Positions 48,585-57,766 of a DNA stretch of 64,000 nt are shown piece after piece. The stretch lies in assembly GCA_003193925.1 (NCBI GenBank), contig PSPG01000002.1:41258-105257 (forward strand), written 5' to 3'. The notes beneath the pieces were generated by a model, which saw nothing but the letters and a program-made list of their open reading frames with translations, did not search any database and was not told the DNA's origin. Source of the DNA: Candidatus Thalassarchaeum betae (GTDB taxonomy: Archaea > Thermoplasmatota > Poseidoniia > Poseidoniales > Thalassarchaeaceae). Numbering within the stretch: position 1 is the first letter of the stretch; each line of letters opens with the position of its first letter. The position numbers and the translations under genes were made by a program.

Positions 48585-49940
48585 CTAGACCATTCCTTGG
48601 GCCTGCATGGCCTCAGCGACCTTGAGGAAGCCGGCGATGTTCGCACCGGCGACGTAGTTGCCAGGCATGCCGTACTTCTCTGCAGTCTCGAATGCGTTCT
48701 TGTGGATGTTCACCATGATGGCCTCGAGCTTCTGGTCGACCTCGTCGCGAGTCCAGCTCATCCTGAGGCTGTTCTGGCTCATCTCGAGCCCGGATGTCGC
48801 GACGCCGCCGGCGTTGGACGCCTTTCCGGGTGCGAACAGGACTCCGTTGGCTTGGAAGCACTCTACTGCCTCGGGGGTGCAGGGCATGTTGGCGCCCTCA
48901 GCAACGGCGGTGACCTCGTTATCGACGAGCATCTGCGCCTCCTCACCGTTGATCTCGTTCTGGGTTGCGCATGGCAGAGCGATGTCGACATTGACCCCCC
49001 AGAGCCCATTCAGGTTGGGCTCGGGCTTGGAGGCGGTGTACTCGACCCCGTCGAAGTGGTCTGCGAACTCCTTGATGCGCCCCCGGCGGTTGTTCTTGAG
49101 GTCCATGATCCAAGCGAGCTTCTCCCTGTCGATTCCGGCAGGATCGTGGATGAAGCCGCTGCTGTCGGACAACGTCACCGGCTTGCCACCGAGGTCGATG
49201 ACCTTCTCGCATGCGAACTGGGCAACGTTGCCCGAGCCGCTGATGGCGACCGTGGCCCCCTCGAACGACTTGTCCTTGGTCGCGAGCATCTCGCGAGCGA
49301 AGTAGACCAGACCGTACCCGGTCGCTTGGGGGCGGATCAGGGAGCCTCCGTAGGAGCGGCCCTTGCCGGTCAGGACTCCGGTGAACTCGTTGGCTAGTTT
49401 CTTGTACATCCCGAACAGGTAGCCTATCTCGCGGCCGCCGACTCCGATGTCGCCCGCAGGGACGTCGAGGTCTGCGCCGATGTGGCGCCACAGCTCCATC
49501 ATGAAGGACTGGCAGAAGCGCATGACCTCACCGTCGGACTTGCCCTTGGGGTCAAAGTCGGAGCCGCCCTTACCACCGCCCATCGGTAGGCCCGTCAGGC
49601 TGTTCTTGAAGACCTGCTCGAAGGCGAGGAACTTCAGTATGGACTGATTGACGCTGGGGTGGAACCGGAGGCCGCCCTTGTAGGGGCCGATGGCACTGTT
49701 GAACTGGATTCGGAATCCGCGGTTGACGTGGAAGTCGCCGTTGTCGTCGTACCAAGGCACGCGGAACTGGATGATCCTCTCCGCCTCGACGATGGCTCGG
49801 ACCACCTGGAGATACTCGGGATGGGCCTGGATCACAGGCACTAGGCTGTCTAGGACCTCCTCTACCGCCTGATGGAACTCAGGCTGGTTCGGGTCTCTTG
49901 CGATTACGCCGTCGTACACTGACTTCATTGTGCTGTCCAT
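48585..49940 (-). CDS. gdhA: NADP-specific glutamate dehydrogenase
   Basis: EFHQAV, GPYKGGLRFHP, GGGKGGSDFDP, DVPAGDIGVG, GSGNVA, EGANMP. Confidence 0.96.
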   Translation of the reverse strand: MDSTMKSVYDGVIARDPNQPEFHQAVEEVLDSLVPVIQAHPEYLQVVRAIVEAERIIQFRVPWYDDNGDFHVNRGFRIQFNSAIGPYKGGLRFHPSVNQSILKFLAFEQVFKNSLTGLPMGGGKGGSDFDPKGKSDGEVMRFCQSFMMELWRHIGADLDVPAGDIGVGGREIGYLFGMYKKLANEFTGVLTGKGRSYGGSLIRPQATGYGLVYFAREMLATKDKSFEGATVAISGSGNVAQFACEKVIDLGGKPVTLSDSSGFIHDPAGIDREKLAWIMDLKNNRRGRIKEFADHFDGVEYTASKPEPNLNGLWGVNVDIALPCATQNEINGEEAQMLVDNEVTAVAEGANMPCTPEAVECFQANGVLFAPGKASNAGGVATSGLEMSQNSLRMSWTRDEVDQKLEAIMVNIHKNAFETAEKYGMPGNYVAGANIAGFLKVAEAMQAQGMV

Positions 49941-50068
49941 GGGCGTCACCAAGGCGAATGAACGATTCCTGTTTGAGGGACCGGGTGCTTGCGCGACTGA
50001 GGGGGTCCTTTTGAAGGGTGTCCTTGCCCGATGAGTGCGCGGTACGGCCCCGTAGGGGCCGATAATTC

Positions 50069-51385
50069 TCAGCCGAACAGATGCCTTTCGGCCAACTGAG
50101 CCACAGTGGACTCATGGCCGGGCAGAGTGATTACATAGGCTGCTGACTGGCTCACTTGGCGCGTCCTCAGGGCCTCTGCGATGGGCGTGTGCTCGCGCAG
50201 CCAGCGAGTGCGTCCGTCGTCGCCTACTATCCTGACATCGACCTTGGAAATACGAGGCTCGGCCAGCAGGAGTTTCACGTCCGGGACGTCTACCGCGACG
50301 TACCCGGGAGGCAGTCCTGCTCGGTTGGCCATGTCGTCCTCGAACTGCCTGCGTGAGTCCGCATTGGTGGCGAGCTCGTGCAGGCGTTCGACCTGACCCT
50401 CGGAGAGCTCCTCCCTGCGACGACTGGCGCAGACCTTCAGCAATTGTCGGTACTTCAGTCTGCGAATCATATCGCGGGCGTAGTCACCAGCACCCCCGAG
50501 AGCCTCCCAGATCTCTGCGTCGACCCGGCGCTGCAGGTCGAGCGAGTCAGGCATCTGGTCCGAACTGCGCTCGACGGCTCTGGACAGCATGACCTCGGTG
50601 ACCCGGGTGACCCGGTGGAAGTAGACGGCGCTGTACATCAGCGCTCGAGCCGTCATCATCCCCTCGAGGGCAGGCAGGCCGCCTTCCTCTACGGCGATGT
50701 CGCCGCCGTTGCGCTCGAGGCACATGATGAGTCGGCGGTGATCGACGATACCGTGCTTGACGCCGGTGAAGTGCGAATCACGCAAGAGGTAGTCGAGCTG
50801 GTCGCAGTCAACGGGGCCGTGAATCAGATGAGCTAGTGTGAGGTCTTGGTCCACGAAGTCCTCACGGCCCTCGGTCCACGTCATCAAGGAGCGTTCGCTA
50901 CCTCCGGCGCCGGGGCCGCGGATGAGGCCTGCTATCTCCTTCGGGTCCAAGCCGCGTCGCTCGAGTATGTCGTGGACCCTCTGCCTGTCGGGCACCGACG
51001 ACTCCTCGCCGTCGCGGAGGACGTCGTAGTCGCCAAGGATGATGCCCTCGGTGATCGACATGTGGTCCTTGCCACCGCGCTCGTGCAGTATATGCTCGAG
51101 CGTGTGCGAGTACGGTCCATGACCTACGTCGTGAAGCATTGCAGCGGCCTGTACCGTCGCCGTCTCGTGCTCGTCCAAGCCCAGTGACTCCGCCATCATC
51201 CCGGCGATGTGCGATGTCCCAAGGGAGTGCTCGAACCTGGTGTGGTGAGCGCCGGGGAACACCAAATGAGCCAGCCCAAGCTGCTTGATGTGGCTGAGCT
51301 TGTTCATCTCCGGAGTCCCGAGCAGATCCTCTCGGACTCCGTCCAGTCTGAACTGCCCGTGGATTGCGTCGTTGATGACCTTCAT
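50069..51385 (-). CDS. HD-domain phosphohydrolase (dNTPase / SAMHD1-like)
   Basis: HTRFEHSLG, LHDVGHGPYSH, DCDQLDYLLRD, MYSAVYFH. Confidence 0.9.
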   Translation of the reverse strand: MKVINDAIHGQFRLDGVREDLLGTPEMNKLSHIKQLGLAHLVFPGAHHTRFEHSLGTSHIAGMMAESLGLDEHETATVQAAAMLHDVGHGPYSHTLEHILHERGGKDHMSITEGIILGDYDVLRDGEESSVPDRQRVHDILERRGLDPKEIAGLIRGPGAGGSERSLMTWTEGREDFVDQDLTLAHLIHGPVDCDQLDYLLRDSHFTGVKHGIVDHRRLIMCLERNGGDIAVEEGGLPALEGMMTARALMYSAVYFHRVTRVTEVMLSRAVERSSDQMPDSLDLQRRVDAEIWEALGGAGDYARDMIRRLKYRQLLKVCASRRREELSEGQVERLHELATNADSRRQFEDDMANRAGLPPGYVAVDVPDVKLLLAEPRISKVDVRIVGDDGRTRWLREHTPIAEALRTRQVSQSAAYVITLPGHESTVAQLAERHLFG

Positions 51386-51499
51386 GCGCGACCCTGCGGG
51401 GCTTCGACATGCCACCTCCCCTTGAATCGCACTATCGTCACGCTTTGCGAAGCCGGCCGGCCCCCAGTACATCGGACGCCGCAGTGGCACCCATCGTAA

Positions 51500-51533
51500 T
51501 TCAATTGTCTTTCAATTGCAATACATTCAAGTG
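51500..51533. promoter_or_regulatory. Candidate operator: TTCAATTG x2 plus TTCAAGTG between divergent HD and RHH genes
   Basis: Repeats at 51500, 51511 and 51526 in an AT-rich island. Confidence 0.5.
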
Positions 51534-51569
51534 CCTGAGCCTATCTGCCCGGGTCAGGAGGAACCCGAA

Positions 51570-51947
51570 GTGCCCGGCATCAGCCCAATGGTCTCGCTGA
51601 GAATACCTGAGGACCACCTGTTGGAAATCGACCATCGAGTGGGCTACGACGGAATGCGAAACCGCTCCGACGTGATTCGCCAAGCGGTGCGCAGGTATCT
51701 CTCCTCGCCCATGCCTATGATTGGGGAGAGGGTGAGGATCGAGGTCGACCTGGGGCCTGACCTGACTGTGCGAATGCGGGAGTTCTGCAAACTGCACGGC
51801 GAGTCTGCGGGCACGGTGCTGCGCCAAGCAGCCAGGGAGCACATCCGCAGAGCCACAGTCGAGGATGCGACCGTGGACAGGATCCTCTCAATGCGCATGG
51901 ACGAGCTCCGGGCGCGCTTCGATGACGATTCGAACGCTATGAGGTGA
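51570..51947 (+). CDS. Ribbon-helix-helix (CopG/NikR-like) regulator with two RHH units
   Basis: MVSLRIP...NRSDVIRQAVRRYL and IEVDLGP...GTVLRQAAREHI. Confidence 0.82.
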   Translation: MPGISPMVSLRIPEDHLLEIDHRVGYDGMRNRSDVIRQAVRRYLSSPMPMIGERVRIEVDLGPDLTVRMREFCKLHGESAGTVLRQAAREHIRRATVEDATVDRILSMRMDELRARFDDDSNAMR

Positions 51948-51970
51948 GAGATTGAGCGATGGTGGGATGC

Positions 51971-52007
51971 ACAAAAACGCGGGGGGGCGTCCTCGACGCC
52001 CCCTCGC
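51971..52007 (-). terminator. GC-rich hairpin followed by a T-tract on the minus strand
   Basis: Minus strand GCGAGGGGGCGTC-GAG-GACGCCCCCCCGC-GTTTTT. Confidence 0.55.
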
Positions 52008-52233
52008 CCAACCTGTCATATGCGGCCTCGAGGCGCTACGAGCCCGAGCCAAACTGTCCAACGCAGCCGGCTATGATCCGAGCGAGGCTCCGCGGGGTTC
52101 TCGTGGAGTCACTCGCAAGACCGATCGCGAGCGCCAATATTGACATTAAACACACACCGTCCCGCACATCTCGTGCGGGACACCCCCATCCCTACAGTCT
52201 GAAGTTTGATGCAGGATGCTGTCATCCGGTGCC

Positions 52234-55146
52234 ATGGACGGGGGAATCTCGGACTGGAGCCGGCTTGAGCGGCTCACTCCATTCAGGATCCGCGATGTGC
52301 TCCTGGTGGCGAGCCACTTCGATCACTACCTGCTCGAGGAATCGGGGTACCTCGCCGAGATAATGCGACGGGAGTACTCCGACCTGAGTTTCTCTCAGGC
52401 CCCGCGCATTATTCACAGCCCGGAGGCGGGCGACGCGCTCAGACTGCTTCGCTCGCGGGACTTCGACCTCGTCATCACGATGACGAGGGTCGGGGAGATG
52501 GACGTCAAGGCGTTCGGCAGCGAAGCCAAGCGGATCAGAGATGGACTCCCTGTGGTCATGCTGAGCCACAACACCCGCGAGTTGGCGACGCTCAGCGCGG
52601 GAGACGGCATCGACCGCATCTTCGTTTGGACCGGCGACAGTCGCATTCTCCTCTCGATCTGCAAGCTCATCGAGGACGAGCGTAACGTGGAGAACGACGT
52701 CCGTGACGGGGATGTCCAGGTCATTCTGCTCGTTGAGGACAGCAGGAGGTTCTACTCGGTCTACCTGCCGCTGCTGTACACTGAACTGGTCAACCAGACA
52801 ACCCGACTGATGGGGGAAGGCGGCAACCTGTACGAGAAGCTGCTGAGGCTGCGGGCAAGGGCGAAGATACTCCTCGCTTCGGACATGAACACCGCGAAGT
52901 CGATCATCGATCGCTACCATAACAACATCATCGGCATCTTCACCGATGGCAAGTTTCCCAACCAAGGAGGGAACAGGGATACTGCCGGGCTGGAACTGAT
53001 CCAGTACGCACAGGAGGGTCATCCCTACATGCCCATCCTGTTACAATCGAAGAACCTCGAGCTCAGGGAGGACGCCGAGGCGATGGGGGTCCGCTTCCTG
53101 CACAAGGAGGACTCACAGCTGTACCACAGGATCGAGGAGTTCATGGTCGACGAGATGAATTTCGGCGACTTCATCTTCCGCCTGCCCGATGGGACTGAGG
53201 TCGCGCGGGCCACCGACCTCGAGGAACTGATAGATGGCCTTGAGAACGCGCCGATAGAATCCATCGAGTACCATGCCTCGAAGAACCAGTTCTCGCACTG
53301 GCTCAGGACACGGACCGAATTCTCCCTAGCCGCCGGCATGAGGCCGATGACGGTGGAGGACTTCGACACCAGCGAGGGAGTCAGGAAGTACCTCGCTGAC
53401 TCGGTTCGACAGCACATCTCACAGATTCGTAGGCGCACCATCAGGGACCATGACGCCAGAGTCGGGGGTGCTGGCTTCCAGAGAATCGGCAGAGGCAGCC
53501 TCGGAGGCAAGGGGCGTGGCCTCGCGTTCTTCTTCACCCGGATGCCAGACCTCCGCCTCGGGGCGGCCTTTCCGGATGTCGAGTTCATCGTACCGAGATC
53601 CGTCGTGATCGCGACAGACGTCTTCGAGGAGTTCGTCGAGAGCAATGAACTCAGCAGGTACGCCCACGAGGACCACAGCGATCCCGAAGTCGACGAGGCA
53701 TTCCTCGCCGGCGAGTTCCCGCCAGAGCTGAGAGACGAGATATCAGTCTTGCTCGAGAACACCAAGTGGCCTCTGGCGGTTCGCTCTTCGAGCCTTCTCG
53801 AGGACTCGAGCCACCAGCCTTTCGCGGGGGTATATGCCACGCACATGCTGGCCAACGACCACCCCGATTTGAAAGTCAGGCTCAGGCGACTGCTCGAGGC
53901 GATCAAACTTGTATACGCCTCCACGTACCACCGCAGCGCCAAGGCGTATGTGACGGCCACGCCGAACACAATCGAGGACGAGCGTATGGCCGTGGTCGTC
54001 CAAGAGCTCGTCGGCGATGAGGTGAACGGGCGCTTCTACCCGCTCATCTCGGGGGCTGCGAGGAGTCACAACCACTATCCAGTGGAGCCGCTTGTGGCAG
54101 AGGATGGATTTGCAGCCATCTGCATAGGCCTCGGCAGGCAGGTCGCCACGGGTGGCAAGTGCCTGAGATACAGCCCCGGCCAGCCGAAGAGGGTGCACCA
54201 GTTCTACAGCAACCAAGCCATACTCGACACCTCCCAGCGCAACTTCTTCGCCATTCCGATGAATCAGGAGGATGGCTCCGTGCACCCCTCCGAGGAGGAC
54301 AACCTCCTGAATCTGCGTCTGTCTGCGGCCGAGGAGGACGGAAGCCTCGCTCTGGTAGGCTCGACCTACATCGTCTCGGACGACCGCATGGTCGACTCAG
54401 TCATGGTCGATGGCGGCCCCAGAGTCGTCACCTTCGCTCCGGTGCTCAAGCACGGACGCTTCCCCCTCTCTGAGATCCTGCACCACGTCCTCACCGCATG
54501 CCAGAACTACATCGGCTCACCCGTGGAAATCGAGTTCGCTCTGTCAATCGACCGAGACTCGGGGAGTCAGAAGTTCGCCATACTCCAAATGAGACCGATG
54601 ATGGAGGAGTCGGTCGACATCGACATCGACCTCGGGGAGGTCGACCGGGACAAGGCCATATGCATCTGCAGTCAGTCGCTCGGCAACGGCGTGATAGAGG
54701 GCATCAGGGACATCGTGTACGTCCACCCCGGGCGACTCGACCGGATGCGGACCACAGACCTCACAGACAAGATAGAGGCCATCGATGCGGGGCTGAGAGC
54801 TGACAAGCGGCCATACGTGCTGATCGGACCAGGGAGATGGGGCTCGGCGGACCCATCACTCGGAATCCCCGTGCAATGGGACCAGATCATGGGCTCCAAG
54901 GCGATAGTCGAGGTCCCAATGTCTGACATCCACGTTGAGCCCTCTCAGGGCACCCACTTCTTCCAGAACATCGTCACCTTCAACATCGGCTACCTCACCA
55001 TCGGTGCAGAAGACTTCGTCGACTGGGATTGGCTGGACTCGCTGGATGCTGTAACCGAGTCGGGCGCGCTTCGCCACGTCAGCCTCGCCGAGCCGCTGAA
55101 GGTGATCCTAGACAGCCGCGATTCCGAGGCGATCATCACCAGATGA
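52234..55146 (+). CDS. PEP/pyruvate-binding (PPDK_N ATP-grasp) protein with N-terminal receiver-like domains
   Basis: ILLVEDS...IFTDG...LQS...HK receiver; IGRGSLGGKGRGL, LAVRSSSLLED, FAGVY, MAVVVQE, VEIEFA, LQMRP; C-terminal GPGRWGS...SQGTHFFQN. Confidence 0.85.
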   Translation: MDGGISDWSRLERLTPFRIRDVLLVASHFDHYLLEESGYLAEIMRREYSDLSFSQAPRIIHSPEAGDALRLLRSRDFDLVITMTRVGEMDVKAFGSEAKRIRDGLPVVMLSHNTRELATLSAGDGIDRIFVWTGDSRILLSICKLIEDERNVENDVRDGDVQVILLVEDSRRFYSVYLPLLYTELVNQTTRLMGEGGNLYEKLLRLRARAKILLASDMNTAKSIIDRYHNNIIGIFTDGKFPNQGGNRDTAGLELIQYAQEGHPYMPILLQSKNLELREDAEAMGVRFLHKEDSQLYHRIEEFMVDEMNFGDFIFRLPDGTEVARATDLEELIDGLENAPIESIEYHASKNQFSHWLRTRTEFSLAAGMRPMTVEDFDTSEGVRKYLADSVRQHISQIRRRTIRDHDARVGGAGFQRIGRGSLGGKGRGLAFFFTRMPDLRLGAAFPDVEFIVPRSVVIATDVFEEFVESNELSRYAHEDHSDPEVDEAFLAGEFPPELRDEISVLLENTKWPLAVRSSSLLEDSSHQPFAGVYATHMLANDHPDLKVRLRRLLEAIKLVYASTYHRSAKAYVTATPNTIEDERMAVVVQELVGDEVNGRFYPLISGAARSHNHYPVEPLVAEDGFAAICIGLGRQVATGGKCLRYSPGQPKRVHQFYSNQAILDTSQRNFFAIPMNQEDGSVHPSEEDNLLNLRLSAAEEDGSLALVGSTYIVSDDRMVDSVMVDGGPRVVTFAPVLKHGRFPLSEILHHVLTACQNYIGSPVEIEFALSIDRDSGSQKFAILQMRPMMEESVDIDIDLGEVDRDKAICICSQSLGNGVIEGIRDIVYVHPGRLDRMRTTDLTDKIEAIDAGLRADKRPYVLIGPGRWGSADPSLGIPVQWDQIMGSKAIVEVPMSDIHVEPSQGTHFFQNIVTFNIGYLTIGAEDFVDWDWLDSLDAVTESGALRHVSLAEPLKVILDSRDSEAIITR

Positions 55147-55187
55147 TAGCCAATCTTCTTGGTCGGCCTATCGTCAGGTTCGCTTCC

Positions 55188-57251
55188 ATGGAGGCGAGCG
55201 CGGCCGCAACCGCAGGGAGATTCGTCGCCCACGAGGCTCTCAGAGACACCCAGGACGAGATGATCAGGGACGGTATGGATGTCTTAGGCGCTGGTGGCTT
55301 CCTGCTGGCCGCCGCGCCCACCGGGATAGGTAAGACCGCCGCGGCCCTCGCCGCTGCGCTCGAGACGGCGAGGAGCGCTGCCGAGCCGCCTGTGGTCATG
55401 TTCCTGACAGGTCGCCAGTCCCAGCACAGGATAGTCATCGAGACCGTCCGCAAGATCAATGAGAGGCTGGAGCCTGACGTTCCGAAGGTCAGGCTGGTCG
55501 ACCTGGTCGGCCAGCAGGGCATGTGCATCAACGAGATTCGTGGCGAGCATCCCGCGCTGTTCTCGAGACTGTGCGTCGAGAAGCGCGGCTCGCGTACCTG
55601 CAGGCCGTGGCTCGCCGACTCGGAACTCATCAAGCCGCGTGTCCTCAAGAATCCGCTGCACGTCGATGAACTGGTCGCGATGTGCAAGCATCCCGAAGAT
55701 GGTGCGCCGCACGGCATCTGTCCGTGGAAGGTGGCACGGGAGACCGCCTCATCCGCTGATGTTGTGGTCTGCGACTACAACCATGTCTTCGTCGAGGCGG
55801 TCAGGGAGTCCTCGCTGCCTGCGATGGGACTCGCTCTGGAAGACATGCTGCTAGTGGTGGACGAGGCCCACAACCTGCCTGACAGGATTCGCAGAGGCTT
55901 CGAGCGCAGAATCCGAATGAAGGACATCAGGGATGCGATAACCGAGATTGAGGAGCATATGGAGCGGACGCAATCCGAGATGGCGGCTCTCGATGAGGAG
56001 GATGTGGATGCCAAGGCAGCCGAGGTGACTCAACTCAGGCGCTCGGAGGCGGCCATGCGCAGGTTGCTAAAGGACCTGCCAAAGTGGTTCGCCGAAATCG
56101 ACGGGGGGCTCGCTTCCAGCAGGACCGGTGACCAGAGGGTCTCGATGATCACTTTCCTCGACAGGGTCTCGTCGATTCTATCCGAGGACATCGAGCGTGC
56201 CGTCGAGTTGGGGGCGCTGGTCAAACTGCTTCAGTCAATCAGAGTCGAGATCGACGAGGATGACGATGACATCGAGGAGGAGACCGCTTGCATGAGGCTC
56301 GCCATCCTCCTCAACACCTGCACGCAGAACCACGACAGTCCCGCTTTCGCCTTGGTTCACGACAAGATGGGGGGCGAGGAGCACCGCCTGACCACACACC
56401 TGCTCGACCCCGGTGTTGTCAGCGGCGACCTGCTGGACCAGTGCCGAGGAGCCATCCTGATGTCCGGGACGCTGTTCCCACCGCAGATGTACCACGACCT
56501 GCTCAATGTCCCGAGCAGCAGGGTGTCCATCGTCAAGGAGTACACCTCTCACTTCCTCGCCGAGAAGCGCCCTGTGCTGATTGCCAAGGACGTGACCAGC
56601 CGCTACGCTGACCGGGGCGAGGAGAACACGGCGAGGATACGCGAGCACATCCACGCGGTCCTGCGCAAGACCCCGGGGCACGTCGCCGTATTCGCCCCCA
56701 GTTACGCCCTGCTGGAGCAGATTGTAATCGAAGATGAGCAGTGGACGGGGAGGAAACTCCTGAGGGAACGACCAGGCGACTCCAAGGAGAAGATGGACAG
56801 GATGGTGGACAGGATGCATCGACTCCGGCGCTCGAATACCCCGGCCCTGCTTGCGGGGGTCCTCGGGGGCAAGTTGGCAGAGGGGGTCGACTACCCCGAG
56901 AACATCCTCGATGCAGTAATCTGCATCGGGCTACCGCTACCGCCGCCGAGTGCTCGTCAGGATGCGCTGAGGGACTACTACGAGGATATGTACGGCAGCG
57001 CGCGCGCATGGAGATACTCTGGCTCCCAGCCTGCCGTGAACAGGCTCATGCAGGCAGTCGGCAGACCAATCAGGAAGGCTGCCGACCGCGCCCTGGTGGT
57101 GATGCTCGAAAAGCGACTCCTGCAAAGGGGGTTCAAGATCTGCATGCCCGAGGGTGTCCACGTCCTCGAGACTCTCGACTCGGCGAGGACCGAGCGCCAC
57201 GTCGAGCGCTTCTTCAGGGAGCACCCTGACCCCGCTAAGTTCACTGAGTGA
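55188..57251 (+). CDS. XPD/Rad3/DinG-family Fe-S DNA helicase
   Basis: APTGIGKT, four Cys of the Fe-S domain, DYN, VDEAHNL, MSGTL, EGVDY, QAVGRPIR. Confidence 0.9.
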   Translation: MEASAAATAGRFVAHEALRDTQDEMIRDGMDVLGAGGFLLAAAPTGIGKTAAALAAALETARSAAEPPVVMFLTGRQSQHRIVIETVRKINERLEPDVPKVRLVDLVGQQGMCINEIRGEHPALFSRLCVEKRGSRTCRPWLADSELIKPRVLKNPLHVDELVAMCKHPEDGAPHGICPWKVARETASSADVVVCDYNHVFVEAVRESSLPAMGLALEDMLLVVDEAHNLPDRIRRGFERRIRMKDIRDAITEIEEHMERTQSEMAALDEEDVDAKAAEVTQLRRSEAAMRRLLKDLPKWFAEIDGGLASSRTGDQRVSMITFLDRVSSILSEDIERAVELGALVKLLQSIRVEIDEDDDDIEEETACMRLAILLNTCTQNHDSPAFALVHDKMGGEEHRLTTHLLDPGVVSGDLLDQCRGAILMSGTLFPPQMYHDLLNVPSSRVSIVKEYTSHFLAEKRPVLIAKDVTSRYADRGEENTARIREHIHAVLRKTPGHVAVFAPSYALLEQIVIEDEQWTGRKLLRERPGDSKEKMDRMVDRMHRLRRSNTPALLAGVLGGKLAEGVDYPENILDAVICIGLPLPPPSARQDALRDYYEDMYGSARAWRYSGSQPAVNRLMQAVGRPIRKAADRALVVMLEKRLLQRGFKICMPEGVHVLETLDSARTERHVERFFREHPDPAKFTE

Positions 57252-57294
57252 GCAATGGGTTCATCCGAGTGCGTCCTTTCGTGGCACCGTCAGC

Positions 57295-57765
57295 ATGGAG
57301 TGGTCGAGAGTAGAAATCGAGATGCATGGCGCCAGCGCGCGAGCGACGCCGTCGCCCGGAGTTGAGGTGCCCGGGCTAGATGCCTCGGCCGAGGAGATGC
57401 ACACTGAGTTCCTAGCCACTCTGTATCACCTAGACGATGTACGTGCCGGGCACGACAGGGTGGTCTCCGACGTGGCAGCCCCGGTGGAGATGGCCAAGTC
57501 ACTGGCTAGGGAGATCCAGCCTCTGGAAGATCTTCTCAGGGAGTTCGGAGGGTCCCATACGGATGACAGGATCACCATACCCCTTCCCACTGCTCTTCCG
57601 GACAAGCTCGTTGTCGAGAAGTTTGCGGGCGACGAGGGCGACGTAGTCCGGCTGATTGCGCCGGAGAGGTTTGGCGGCGTTCTGAGGAAGTTCGAGCTGC
57701 CCGAGGGACGCAGGCTGACAGGGGTCTCTTGGGGAGAGGGCGCCCTGAGCCTGACGATGGACTGA
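57295..57765 (+). CDS. Hypothetical protein with C-terminal Hsp20/CS-like beta-sandwich
   Basis: ITIPLP...KLVVEK...RKFELP...WGEGALSLTM. Confidence 0.55.
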   Translation: MEWSRVEIEMHGASARATPSPGVEVPGLDASAEEMHTEFLATLYHLDDVRAGHDRVVSDVAAPVEMAKSLAREIQPLEDLLREFGGSHTDDRITIPLPTALPDKLVVEKFAGDEGDVVRLIAPERFGGVLRKFELPEGRRLTGVSWGEGALSLTMD

Positions 57766-57766
57766 A

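Noticed and set aside
51965-52200. 5S rRNA, SRP RNA or RNase P RNA
   Set aside because: The conserved signatures (CCGAAC loop, SRP helix 8 GGAA/AGCAG, GAGGAAAGTCC) were not found.
52234-55146. Calling this gene ppsA (PEP synthase)
   Set aside because: It lacks the GGxTSHAA motif and the C-terminal PEP-binding barrel.
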